DNA of 64,000 bases, from the IMG/VR virus record IMGVR_UViG_3300047388_000211, positions 4,318 through 68,317 of that record, one strand, 5' to 3'. The notes beneath the pieces were generated by a model. It was not told the DNA's origin. It ran no database searches and saw nothing but the letters and a program-made list of their open reading frames with translations. Position numbers and translations under genes: made by a program. This document shows, piece after piece, positions 28,368 to 36,936 of this stretch (position 1 is the first letter of the stretch; each line of letters begins with the position of its first letter). The DNA comes from a virus.

Positions 28368-29062
28368 AGGTTTACGTCCATGGCAATGGCCATCTGGCCG
28401 AGATCACGACAGCCCATGTGGCCTCACTGGGGCATGCCTGCCTTGTGGCCCATGAAGCCGACGTCATCTGGTGCTGTGAGGATGTGAATAGCGTCCACCA
28501 CGTCCCGCGCGTCCTGGAAGACATCCACCGTCTGGTTCATATGCGGCCCACGGCCCTGTTCCTGATTTCCTCCCAGCTTCCGGTCGGTACCATTGGGCAA
28601 CTGGAAAAAGAGTTTCCGCGTAGCGCGTTCGCCTGCTGCCCGGAGAACTTCAGGGCTGTGGATACCGCTGAGGCCTATCTGGAGCAGGCGCGATTCGTGG
28701 TGGGGGTCCGCGACATGGCACAGGCTATCACCCTGCGTCCTCTATTCCCATTGATCTCCGAGATGGAATGCATGTCGGTAGAATCGGCGGAGATGGTGAA
28801 GCACACCGTCAATGCCTATCTGGGACTGTGCATCGCCTTCATCAACGAGATCCGGGATGTGTGCGCTGTAGTGGGTGCCGACATCGTGGAAGTGGAATCC
28901 GGGCTACGCACGGAACCCCGGGTGAGCCCACTGGCACCGCTCCATGCCGGGGAGCCCTTCGGCTGGGGCCATATTGACCGAGACCTAACTTATCTCCGGG
29001 ATCTTCACCGGACTGTACTGATTGAGGCTATCCATGAGAGCAATCATTCTCGCCGCAGGTAA
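28364..29062 (+). CDS. Truncated UDP-glucose/GDP-mannose dehydrogenase-like protein
   Basis: SSQLPVGT; PENFR; SAEMVKHTVNAYLG..IAFINE; no C-terminal domain. Confidence 0.7.
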   Translation: MKVYVHGNGHLAEITTAHVASLGHACLVAHEADVIWCCEDVNSVHHVPRVLEDIHRLVHMRPTALFLISSQLPVGTIGQLEKEFPRSAFACCPENFRAVDTAEAYLEQARFVVGVRDMAQAITLRPLFPLISEMECMSVESAEMVKHTVNAYLGLCIAFINEIRDVCAVVGADIVEVESGLRTEPRVSPLAPLHAGEPFGWGHIDRDLTYLRDLHRTVLIEAIHESNHSRRR

Positions 29063-29726
29063 AGGAGAGCGGCTACAGAGCGTCGAGCCTAATGTGCCGA
29101 AACCCATGGTCCGCATTGCAGATACGCCGGTGCTGGAGTTCACGGTTGAACACCTGAACGACTGCGGCATCCATGGAATCATCGTTACCACAGGACATTT
29201 ATCCGAACAAATCATCGATTACTTTGAAGGCCAGTGGGGACTCACGATGCAATACACCGTCGAGAAGGAGCCCCTCGGCACTGCGGGTGGATTCAAGGAA
29301 GCAATGCGACTGTTTGGATGGAATGGGCCAGTGCTCGTATGGAATGGGGATAACTTCTCTACCTGTGATCCCAGGCGGATGCTGGAGTACCACAAGGCTC
29401 ATGGTGGGGATGCCACGATGGCAATCTGCTGGAGGAAGAATGCCAGCCAGTCGAGCGTGATTGAATGGAGCTGGGATAACCGCATCACCTATTTCCGGGA
29501 GAAGGCGGAGCGAAAGCTGGACTACGGCTGGGTGAACGCTGGTATCTACATTTTGAACGAAAGCGTGATGGACTACATCCCAGATGTAGGTGACTTTGGC
29601 TACGACGTGTTCCCTTCGATGATTCGCGATAGGGATATGTTTGCCTACGGCTTCTCTCAGGATGAATGGCTCTATTGGTATGACACTCCGGCAGATTTAG
29701 CGGAGCTTCGGAAGAGGTTTCCATGA
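29034..29726 (+). CDS. hddC: Sugar-1-phosphate nucleotidyltransferase (HddC-like)
   Basis: AIILAAGKGERL; PKPMV; EPLGTAG; NGD; FREK; NAGIY; substrate inferred from context. Confidence 0.75.
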   Translation: MRAIILAAGKGERLQSVEPNVPKPMVRIADTPVLEFTVEHLNDCGIHGIIVTTGHLSEQIIDYFEGQWGLTMQYTVEKEPLGTAGGFKEAMRLFGWNGPVLVWNGDNFSTCDPRRMLEYHKAHGGDATMAICWRKNASQSSVIEWSWDNRITYFREKAERKLDYGWVNAGIYILNESVMDYIPDVGDFGYDVFPSMIRDRDMFAYGFSQDEWLYWYDTPADLAELRKRFP

Positions 29727-30274
29727 GTCTCGTCGACTTCGGCTTCACCGACAGAATCCCTGGTTCATTCACGAAGATCAATGCGGAAGCGTATTACAGC
29801 TGCGCGATAGAGGTACTGAATCTGCGCGCGCGCCCCACGTTTGTTGAAGTCGGGGTGGACCAGGGCCGAAGCGCCAGCGTGATCATGCAGGCCATCAAGA
29901 CTACAGGAGTTGACGCCTTCATGATTCTAGTGGATAGCTGGGAGAGCGTTCTCATCGGGAACAAGGCAAAAGTGGAGACATTGGCGCAAGCCAATGGTAT
30001 CCGCCATGTCATTCTCCATATGACATCGGTGGAAGCGGCAATGGCTGTCGCAGATCAGAGTATCGATATGATCCTGATCGATGCCAACCATACCGAGAGC
30101 CACCCGAATGAGGATTGTGAGGCGTGGCTACCCAAGCTGAAGTCCGGAGGCATCGCCTGCTTCCATGACTATAGCTCCGGATTCCAGGCCGTGGATGACG
30201 CTGTGGATTTCTGGACATCGGCTTATCTGGACCATCAGGTCTATGAAGGGCTGGCGGTTCGGAGGAAACCATGA
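29723..30274 (+). CDS. Class I SAM methyltransferase (Methyltransf_24-like)
   Basis: VEVGVDQGRS; LIDANH; LKSGGIACFHDY. Confidence 0.85.
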   Translation: MSLVDFGFTDRIPGSFTKINAEAYYSCAIEVLNLRARPTFVEVGVDQGRSASVIMQAIKTTGVDAFMILVDSWESVLIGNKAKVETLAQANGIRHVILHMTSVEAAMAVADQSIDMILIDANHTESHPNEDCEAWLPKLKSGGIACFHDYSSGFQAVDDAVDFWTSAYLDHQVYEGLAVRRKP

Positions 30275-30930
30275 AAATAACCAGAGAGGGATTCGCTGTG
30301 GTTGAAGGAGACATGCTCCTGTCTCGCTATGTGGAAGAGCAGGGGCGGCTGGATGTGGACTATCCCACCACCGACCTGATGCTGCCCTATATCCCCGAAG
30401 GGGGTATCGTGGTCGATGTGGGAGCCTGTATCGGCGACCACACCGTGGCGTACTCCCAGATGGTGGGGCCTCAGGGGAAAGTCTATGCCTTTGAACCGAA
30501 CCCCATTGCCTTTGAATGCCTGCTCTATAACACGAAGGGCTACTCGAATGTGGTGGCCTGTGGCTTCGGTCTGTCGAACTTCAACGGCAATGTCAATGTG
30601 AAGGTGGATGCCTACAATGTCGGGGCCACGCGCCTTGTGGACTATACCGATGCAGGGCTTCATTCCACCGTCCTCCGCTTGGACGATATCGCGAAGGACT
30701 GGACACGCCTGGACTTCATGAAGATCGATGCGGAGGGCCATGAACCCTGGATATTGGATGGAGCGAAAGAGACTCTTCGGAGGCTCCATCCCGTGATGCT
30801 TATTGAGATCCAGACCGAAATGCTGGCGCACAATGGTTTCACTCCTAAGGATGTCTATGATCGGCTGGCCAATCTTGGCTTCGGGTTCAGCGAGGGAGAT
30901 CGGCATTCCTACGATCTCTTGGTTTTATGA
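30271..30930 (+). CDS. FkbM-family methyltransferase
   Basis: VDVGACIG; AFEPNP; FMKIDAEGHE. Confidence 0.88.
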   Translation: MKITREGFAVVEGDMLLSRYVEEQGRLDVDYPTTDLMLPYIPEGGIVVDVGACIGDHTVAYSQMVGPQGKVYAFEPNPIAFECLLYNTKGYSNVVACGFGLSNFNGNVNVKVDAYNVGATRLVDYTDAGLHSTVLRLDDIAKDWTRLDFMKIDAEGHEPWILDGAKETLRRLHPVMLIEIQTEMLAHNGFTPKDVYDRLANLGFGFSEGDRHSYDLLVL

Positions 30931-31676
30931 AGATCATGTACCTGGGGATCGCGGTATGGCCCTCCTGGGACGTGGCCATGTCGAAGATGTGGATCTGGCG
31001 GAAGTCGATCGATCGCTTCGGCTATGACTTCAAGTACTACGGCATTGGAACCAAGCGCTGGCCCGGGTATCGTGCCCAGAAGGTGGAGTCCCAGCTGGAG
31101 TATTTAGTCAAGAGTGGGACTGGCGGAGCCAGCCACGTGTTCTACACCGACTGCTGTGACTGCCTGATGCTGGCCGATGCCGCCGAGATTGAGAGTAAGT
31201 ATAAGGCCATGGGTTCCCCTCCCATGCTTGTCCAGTCTGCGAGCCAGTTGGGCAATGTCAGCGATGGGAGTAAGTATCCATACTTTGATGAGCGCTACCC
31301 CGGAGTGAAGTTCCGCTACCCCTGTGTCGGTGGCTACCTGATGGAGGTCCCCTTACTGAGACAGTTCTTACAGCGGATGCATGATGAGTACCCGGAGAAG
31401 GATGGCTGGGGCGATGACTGCTTCATCTGGTACGAAGGATTCCAGCAGGGCTGGTTCCGTCCCCATCTCGATACCAAGTGTGAGATCTGGACAGTCGGCC
31501 ATGAAGACAATCTGGAAGTGAAGCGGGGGCGGCTCTACAACCCACTCACCGACTCCTGGCCGTGTCTCTGGCATAACTCCGGAGGCAGCGCCAATCAGGA
31601 GACGTTCAAAGATCACATGATGATCCCGATGGCGCGCAGGCTTGGGATTCTCGGAGAGGATGAGGTGAAGCCATGA
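30927..31676 (+). CDS. PLOD-type glycosyltransferase domain protein (second)
   Basis: VFYTDCCDC; FRYPCVGGY; DDC; LDTKCEIW; NPLTDSWPCLWH. Confidence 0.65.
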   Translation: MKIMYLGIAVWPSWDVAMSKMWIWRKSIDRFGYDFKYYGIGTKRWPGYRAQKVESQLEYLVKSGTGGASHVFYTDCCDCLMLADAAEIESKYKAMGSPPMLVQSASQLGNVSDGSKYPYFDERYPGVKFRYPCVGGYLMEVPLLRQFLQRMHDEYPEKDGWGDDCFIWYEGFQQGWFRPHLDTKCEIWTVGHEDNLEVKRGRLYNPLTDSWPCLWHNSGGSANQETFKDHMMIPMARRLGILGEDEVKP

Positions 31677-32383
31677 AGGTCAATGTGGTTATGCTTTGCT
31701 GCAACAGGCACATGCTCACCCATCAGGCGCTCCGGACACTTCGCCGGAACACACCAGCAGAACTCTTCAATCTCACCATTGTCGATGACCAGAGCGCGAT
31801 CCCGCCCATGCTCAAGGAAGGGGATGCCTACCTGAAGATTGAGAACTCAAAACACATCACCGGCCAGGCCCGGAATCTTAGTGTGTATTGGTCGGAGAAG
31901 GTGTTCGGGCGCGGAGACTATCTGTATCTCTCGGATAACGATGTGTATTTTATGCCGGGATGGCTGGACCGTCTCGTGTCGACATTCAATCACGAGGAGC
32001 ATGTGGGCTTCAAATTGATGGGCGGCTGGAATCACCAGTACATGCAACCTAAGACAGGCATCATGAAGAGCGCTGGCGGTGAAGGTGGCTATCAGATAGC
32101 TGAGCATGACGCGGTGACCGGAGCGTCCCAGCTGATGCGCTGGGAGACCTGGGATAAGTACGGGCCTCTAGACGCTCATGCCCAGGGAGTATGCCAGGGA
32201 GAAGACTGGCAGTTCTGCCAGAAGATCATTAAGGATGGAGGCAGGGTGGGGAGTATCTATCCCAGGGTGGTGTTCAATTGCGGCCTGACCAACTCCTACG
32301 GGGCTCCAAGCGTTGGAGCCGATGTGGTGCTGGCGGAACTGAAGGAAGCGAAGAAGCAGCACCCGGATCTCTATTATGAATAA
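31673..32383 (+). CDS. GT2-family glycosyltransferase
   Basis: IVDDQS; ARN; LSDNDVYF; GEDWQF. Confidence 0.85.
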   Translation: MKVNVVMLCCNRHMLTHQALRTLRRNTPAELFNLTIVDDQSAIPPMLKEGDAYLKIENSKHITGQARNLSVYWSEKVFGRGDYLYLSDNDVYFMPGWLDRLVSTFNHEEHVGFKLMGGWNHQYMQPKTGIMKSAGGEGGYQIAEHDAVTGASQLMRWETWDKYGPLDAHAQGVCQGEDWQFCQKIIKDGGRVGSIYPRVVFNCGLTNSYGAPSVGADVVLAELKEAKKQHPDLYYE

Positions 32384-32891
32384 GCTCAACATCGGGAGTG
32401 GGCAGCGACGGTTTGAGAACGCCTTTGGCTGGGTCAATGTAGATGCCGTATCACGTCCGGGAGAAGAACCGGACCTTATCTGCGATGTTGGTAAGGAGCC
32501 GCTTCCTTATGATGATGGGACGATCGACTGTATCGTGTTGCACCATGTCTATGAGCATTTTCGCCCTGGCGATGGCCACGGCATCGTCCTGGAATCGCAT
32601 CGCGTCCTTCGTGCTGGCGGCAGCCTGATCTTAACGCTACCCAACTGGAGGGCGCTGGCGGAGCGGTGGCTGACTGGTCAGATCGACGACTACATCTACT
32701 TTATCAATATGTATGGAACCTGGAGAGATGTCGAAGACGCTCACAAATGGGGGTATAGCATGAGCGGGCTGAAGGAAGATTTGATGGGCGTGGCTCCATG
32801 GAGTCGTATCGCGCCGTTCAACTGGAGAGAGATACATGGGGCATACGTGGCTAAAGACTGGTGGATCAATGGTATAGAGGCAATTAAGTGA
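32376..32891 (+). CDS. SAM methyltransferase (type 11-like)
   Basis: KLNIGSG; WVNVD; HVYEH; RVLRAGG. Confidence 0.85.
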   Translation: MNKLNIGSGQRRFENAFGWVNVDAVSRPGEEPDLICDVGKEPLPYDDGTIDCIVLHHVYEHFRPGDGHGIVLESHRVLRAGGSLILTLPNWRALAERWLTGQIDDYIYFINMYGTWRDVEDAHKWGYSMSGLKEDLMGVAPWSRIAPFNWREIHGAYVAKDWWINGIEAIK

Positions 32892-33280
32892 TGGAATACG
32901 TGAAGCAGGATAACAGGAGAATCCGGAGTGACGGAAGCCGCACGAAGGGATCTGTCCGTGGACTACATCGTATTATTGTTGAGCGGGAGATTGGCCGATC
33001 GCTACTTCCAAGCGAAATCGTTCATCATAAGAATACGAATAAGCGTGACAATAGCCCAGACAATCTGGAACTCACAACTCACTCCGAGCACGCCAAAGAA
33101 CATAATCGCCTGCGATGGCTTAATGCTATGGCCTGTCGCGTCTGCGATGCTCTCACAATCTCCAGGCTAGGGCTGTGCCATCAGCACAGCACGATTCAGG
33201 GTATCTGGGCACGGAGGCGGGGAGGCAAAACCGGAGACTGGCTTGAAGACTGGATATCCATTTACAGGCCACGAAAGTGA
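32891..33280 (+). CDS. HNH endonuclease
   Basis: HRIIVE..IGR; VHHKNTNKRDNSPDNL; EH..EH. Confidence 0.85.
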   Translation: MEYVKQDNRRIRSDGSRTKGSVRGLHRIIVEREIGRSLLPSEIVHHKNTNKRDNSPDNLELTTHSEHAKEHNRLRWLNAMACRVCDALTISRLGLCHQHSTIQGIWARRRGGKTGDWLEDWISIYRPRK

Positions 33281-33286
33281 GGAACG

Positions 33287-33604
33287 ATGCCAAGTCTATT
33301 GGACGAAAGGAATTTCATGTCTATTGCCGCATTGGGTAAGTTCTCGATCGACATCACGCCGGTCGAGCATTCCGGTCTCTACCACGTCAACATTGGCTCG
33401 GAGAACCGGAAAGAGGTGGTCTCCATGCAGACCAACATCGGGGAGACTCCCGATCAGTTTGGGATGCGGATCAAGAGCATGCTCCGCGCGCTGCTCAATG
33501 GAGAACCGAAAGTATTGCCACAGGAGAAGCTCGATGTTCAACCCGATAATAGTCCCGGTAAGAAACAACCTAAGCCTAACAAAGAAAGCAATCCGAACCT
33601 TTAA
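33287..33604 (+). CDS. Hypothetical protein
   Basis: GAGGA RBS; overlaps the next gene. Confidence 0.5.
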   Translation: MPSLLDERNFMSIAALGKFSIDITPVEHSGLYHVNIGSENRKEVVSMQTNIGETPDQFGMRIKSMLRALLNGEPKVLPQEKLDVQPDNSPGKKQPKPNKESNPNL

Positions 33605-34241
33605 GGCACAGGATATCGGAGACGTCTCCATCCTGGTGATCAACAACGCTTCCACCGATGGAACCACGGAGTACCTGGGAACCGAGCGGGATATCTATCA
33701 GATGTACTACGACCCACCGCTGTCGGTGGCGGCCTCGTGGAACCGTGCCCTGAACTTCTTCTTTATAGCGGGAGCCGAGTATGCGCTGGTGGTCAATAAT
33801 GACGTCGAGCTACAGCCCCAGACGTACAGGTATCTCGTGGGGGACGGAGGGGGCTTTGTCACCTGTATCGGGAACCAGCAGTGGCCGGAGGTGATCAATC
33901 CACCGGACCCTGAGAAGAAGCGGGCGCACCCCGACTTTAGCTGCTATCTGATCCGAAAGGAAGTGTATGAAAAGGTTGGGCCGTTTGATGAGCAGTTCCT
34001 TATCGCTTTTGGTGAAGACTGGGATTATCACGTTCGCCTGCATCGATCTGGGATTGCTGCTATGGCTATTGATTTCCCGTTTCTCCACCACGGATCAATG
34101 ACCATCAAGAACGCCGATCTCTCCGAGATCCGGAAGATCCAGATGCAGGCGGAAAAGAACCGCATGTACTTCAAGAAGAAGTGGGGGATGGCGGGAGCCA
34201 GCGAGGAGTATTACCGCTACTTCAATAATGAAGCGCCATAA
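33534..34241 (+). CDS. GT2-family glycosyltransferase
   Basis: IIVPVRN; INNASTDGT; WN; NNDV; GPFDE; GEDWDY. Confidence 0.88.
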   Translation: MFNPIIVPVRNNLSLTKKAIRTFKAQDIGDVSILVINNASTDGTTEYLGTERDIYQMYYDPPLSVAASWNRALNFFFIAGAEYALVVNNDVELQPQTYRYLVGDGGGFVTCIGNQQWPEVINPPDPEKKRAHPDFSCYLIRKEVYEKVGPFDEQFLIAFGEDWDYHVRLHRSGIAAMAIDFPFLHHGSMTIKNADLSEIRKIQMQAEKNRMYFKKKWGMAGASEEYYRYFNNEAP

Positions 34242-34278
34242 AAAGAACCCCGCGCCGTGCGATGCGCGGGGTAAGAAA
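34238..34278 (-). terminator. Terminator at the convergence of the two arms
   Basis: CCCCGCGC/GCGCGGGG stem with a T tract on the minus strand. Confidence 0.7.
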
Positions 34279-34414
34279 GTAATGAGCGATGGCTCCAGTA
34301 TAGAACTCTATCGGGTGGAAGGGAAGCGTGGAGTGACCGACCGGTCGGTAGGTCTACCCCAGAGCTTCCTCCACCACAGCAGTATCCGCCTCAAGCTTCG
34401 CGAGGCGGTAATCC

Positions 34415-34615
34415 TCATCGATGCGGAAACTGGACGGTTTGTAATCCCGCCAAAAGTCCGGCGAGATTCAAAAGCCAAATGACGACGCCGACGACCACGA
34501 CGATGCGCTCCAGGACTAACAGAGGAGCGCTCATATATTTTCCGACCCAGGTTTCCACCAAATACTGCAATACCCCGATCGCGATAATCGTCAGGACGAC
34601 CGCCAGTAACGACAC
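34415..34615 (-). CDS. Small 2-TM membrane protein (holin candidate)
   Basis: Two hydrophobic segments; GTG start inferred. Confidence 0.55.
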   Translation of the reverse strand: MSLLAVVLTIIAIGVLQYLVETWVGKYMSAPLLVLERIVVVVGVVIWLLNLAGLLAGLQTVQFPHR

Positions 34616-34616
34616 G

Positions 34617-34904
34617 TTAGTGGACCTTTCCCGAAGCTTTACCTGCGGCTGTGCCAGCAACAGGTGTTTGGGCCGCTACGGCTGCCGCTAGTGCTGCCGT
34701 CTGGGCTTCAAGAGATGTATTCAAGTCGGTAATGGCTTGCAGTTCCGCCGGTGTGGCACCTGCCGCAATAGCTGCTGCTACTGCTGCCGCAATCGCGGCC
34801 TGGATTCCATTGATCACAACGATTGCCGAGTCGACCACGTTTTTCTCGGATGAAGCGTCGGTCGCTGCCTGTGCAAGTAGTACGTCTAGCTGATTCTGGC
34901 TCAT
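34617..34904 (-). CDS. Ala-rich helical protein
   Basis: GGAG RBS; MSQNQLDVLLAQ... Confidence 0.65.
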   Translation of the reverse strand: MSQNQLDVLLAQAATDASSEKNVVDSAIVVINGIQAAIAAAVAAAIAAGATPAELQAITDLNTSLEAQTAALAAAVAAQTPVAGTAAGKASGKVH

Positions 34905-34931
34905 GATAGTGCTCCAAATGACCGCCAAGGG

Positions 34932-35120
34932 TCATTTTTCTGTGGCATTCTGTACCACGTTTTTAAGGTTAGCGGTTTCCGTCTCGTGCTGCTTGTTCAG
35001 CTTGGCGAGCGCGTCTATTTCCGACTGCAAATTTGGAGCCGGGGTATTGATGGTAATGTTCGCATCGATCTGAACATGGATATTCAACCATGATGATGGA
35101 TCTTTGTAAGTATCACTCAT
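34932..35120 (-). CDS. Hypothetical protein
   Basis: 62-aa coupled ORF. Confidence 0.55.
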   Translation of the reverse strand: MSDTYKDPSSWLNIHVQIDANITINTPAPNLQSEIDALAKLNKQHETETANLKNVVQNATEK

Positions 35121-35278
35121 GGTGCTGGCGGCGGTGTTGGGGATGCCCCTCCGAACAATTGCGCGAGAATCGGCGCAATCATAATAAACAACTGAGCAAT
35201 TCCCGTAATCAAGGTAATCCAGTTATTGGCATCACCCGCTTTAAAGGATGCGGAATGCGCCTGTAGATCCGATTGCAT
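35117..35278 (-). CDS. 53-aa TM peptide (paralog of 36561..36725)
   Basis: AAGGAG RBS; MQSDLQAHSASFKAGDANNWITLITGIAQLFIMIAPILAQLFGG... Confidence 0.65.
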   Translation of the reverse strand: MQSDLQAHSASFKAGDANNWITLITGIAQLFIMIAPILAQLFGGASPTPPPAP

Positions 35279-35288
35279 GATATCTCCT

Positions 35289-36021
35289 TTATCCTGAAAC
35301 CTTGTGCAAGTCGAGCCGCAATTGGTTGAAGTTGAAACCCGGAGAGAAACCCGTCACGGTCGATTCGATTGGTAATAGAGCATAAGCCTCATCAACGCAT
35401 TCATCCCACCATGCCCAGGTGCCTTTCTGCGTGTTTCCCCAGGTCAACACCGTCACGGTATCGGCATCATAGCCAACTGCATAGACGCAATGGCCGTCCA
35501 GAGTCAAATTTCCCGGTGTCCAGGCTTTTCCAGCCTCGAAGTCGGGGATGGCATTCTCCTGCACCTGAAATCCGATGAAGCATCCACCGAATATCGAGAT
35601 CGCCTGTTTCACGGCCACGTGATTGAGCGGCTGAAGGCCAGCATAGGCCACCAATTGATCATACAGAGCGCGATTCTTCCGCCAGTAATTCAAGGTGTCG
35701 AGGACAATCAAACCATTATCAATGCCGCCCGCGAGCTTGAAATAGAGATCAATCACATCTTGTGCCGGTGCGATTTTTATCTGTCCAATCAGAGCATGAT
35801 CCAGCGTTTCCGCATGCGCGAGTGCCGCAACAACGCAATCCCCATATAGATCATTCCCGTCCATTGGAAAAAACGTCGATACCGAAGGCCCAATCTTCGT
35901 CCGAGCGAGCGCGTTGAATGATGGCGGAGGCGGCGGAATCACCGTCATATCGAGATAAGAACCAAACCGCAATGTGCGGTAGTCGCTCTTTCTCGGGGAT
36001 TTGCCAAATCGAAGAGTCATT
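35289..36021 (-). CDS. Papain-fold cysteine peptidase (lysin candidate)
   Basis: GNDLYGDCVVAA; GHCVYAVGYD; TWG; starts MTLRFGK. Confidence 0.7.
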
Positions 36022-36282
36022 TTAAGAATCACCGCCGCAAATAAGGCCACTACTGGTTAATTTAAATCTTCCTGACTTACCGTCCGTCTCCGTCGAGATG
36101 GCGAGAGACTCCTCGAGATCTGCGGTGGGTAATTCCGATTCAAGTAATCGGATAGTGTTTTCATAGCAAGCAATTTCTGTCTGATATTTCTCAATAAGTG
36201 ATTTTATTGTTCGAATAGACTCAAGGTAATTCTTCGTATTGCATCTACAACGAACATATCCACACTTAGAACAGGTCGTCAT
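36022..36282 (-). CDS. Hypothetical protein
   Basis: CSKC..CRC plus coiled coil; AT-rich. Confidence 0.45.
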   Translation of the reverse strand: MTTCSKCGYVRCRCNTKNYLESIRTIKSLIEKYQTEIACYENTIRLLESELPTADLEESLAISTETDGKSGRFKLTSSGLICGGDS

Positions 36283-36297
36283 TTAAATATATATTCC

Positions 36298-36564
36298 TTA
36301 TAAATGGACCAAACTTGTCCCATCGCTTTTGTACTTATCCATTAAAGCGAGAACCGCGTCGGGATAGGTTTGATCGCTGCCGCCATTGTACTTTAATAAG
36401 GAGTTTCGCACATCGTTATGTTCAAGCGTCATGCAGTCGCGAAGTTTTCGACACCCATACATCACGCCCGTTTGCGGGTCACAAAGAGCCGTCAGAAACT
36501 TGCCGTCAAACCCCTTTTCACGTGCGACTTGCCCCATTGGATCTTTGCCAAATCGGAGCGTCAT
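36298..36564 (-). pseudogene. Chimeric N-truncated lytic transglycosylase fragment
   Basis: MGQVARE.GF...LCDP...YG...ALLKYNGG-like...YPDAVL C-half with no catalytic ES helix; begins MTLRFGK like the peptidase. Confidence 0.6.
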
Positions 36565-36725
36565 TGGGGTGTCGGCGGTGCCGGTGGCGTCGACCACAGC
36601 TGAGCAATCTGCGCCAGCAGTGGAGCAATGAGTACAAACAGCTGGGCGAACGCCGTAATCACGGTGATCCAGTTGTTCGGGTCTGTCGCCTTGAAGGCAG
36701 CAGGGTGGTTGTTCAAATCGGACAT
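36561..36725 (-). CDS. 54-aa TM peptide
   Basis: GAGGT RBS; MSDLNNHPAAFKATDPNNWITVITAFAQLFVLIAPLLAQIAQLW... Confidence 0.65.
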   Translation of the reverse strand: MSDLNNHPAAFKATDPNNWITVITAFAQLFVLIAPLLAQIAQLWSTPPAPPTPQ

Positions 36726-36726
36726 A

Positions 36727-36936
36727 TTACCTCATTTTCTTTAGACGTTTGTAAGACTCCTTTAGAGCCTTCTGGTGTTCCTTCGCGTGTTCTTTGTTGT
36801 AGATAATGGACTTCTCCAGCTTCTCTTTCGGGTTGGTCATCTTTTCGACTTCCCTCCGATGCTCCTTATGGCGCTTCGACATGGATTTATCGTAGTCCAT
36901 TTCCGGCTCCGACTTATGGGGGGTGCCCATCGTCAT
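36727..36936 (-). CDS. Basic His/Lys-rich hypothetical protein
   Basis: Coupled 69-aa ORF. Confidence 0.55.
   Translation of the reverse strand: MTMGTPHKSEPEMDYDKSMSKRHKEHRREVEKMTNPKEKLEKSIIYNKEHAKEHQKALKESYKRLKKMR

Noticed and set aside
20770-34241. Host LPS/capsule locus flanking a prophage
   Set aside because: Coupled to phage genes, interrupted by HNHs, flanked on both sides by phage modules, and has no export or polymerase genes
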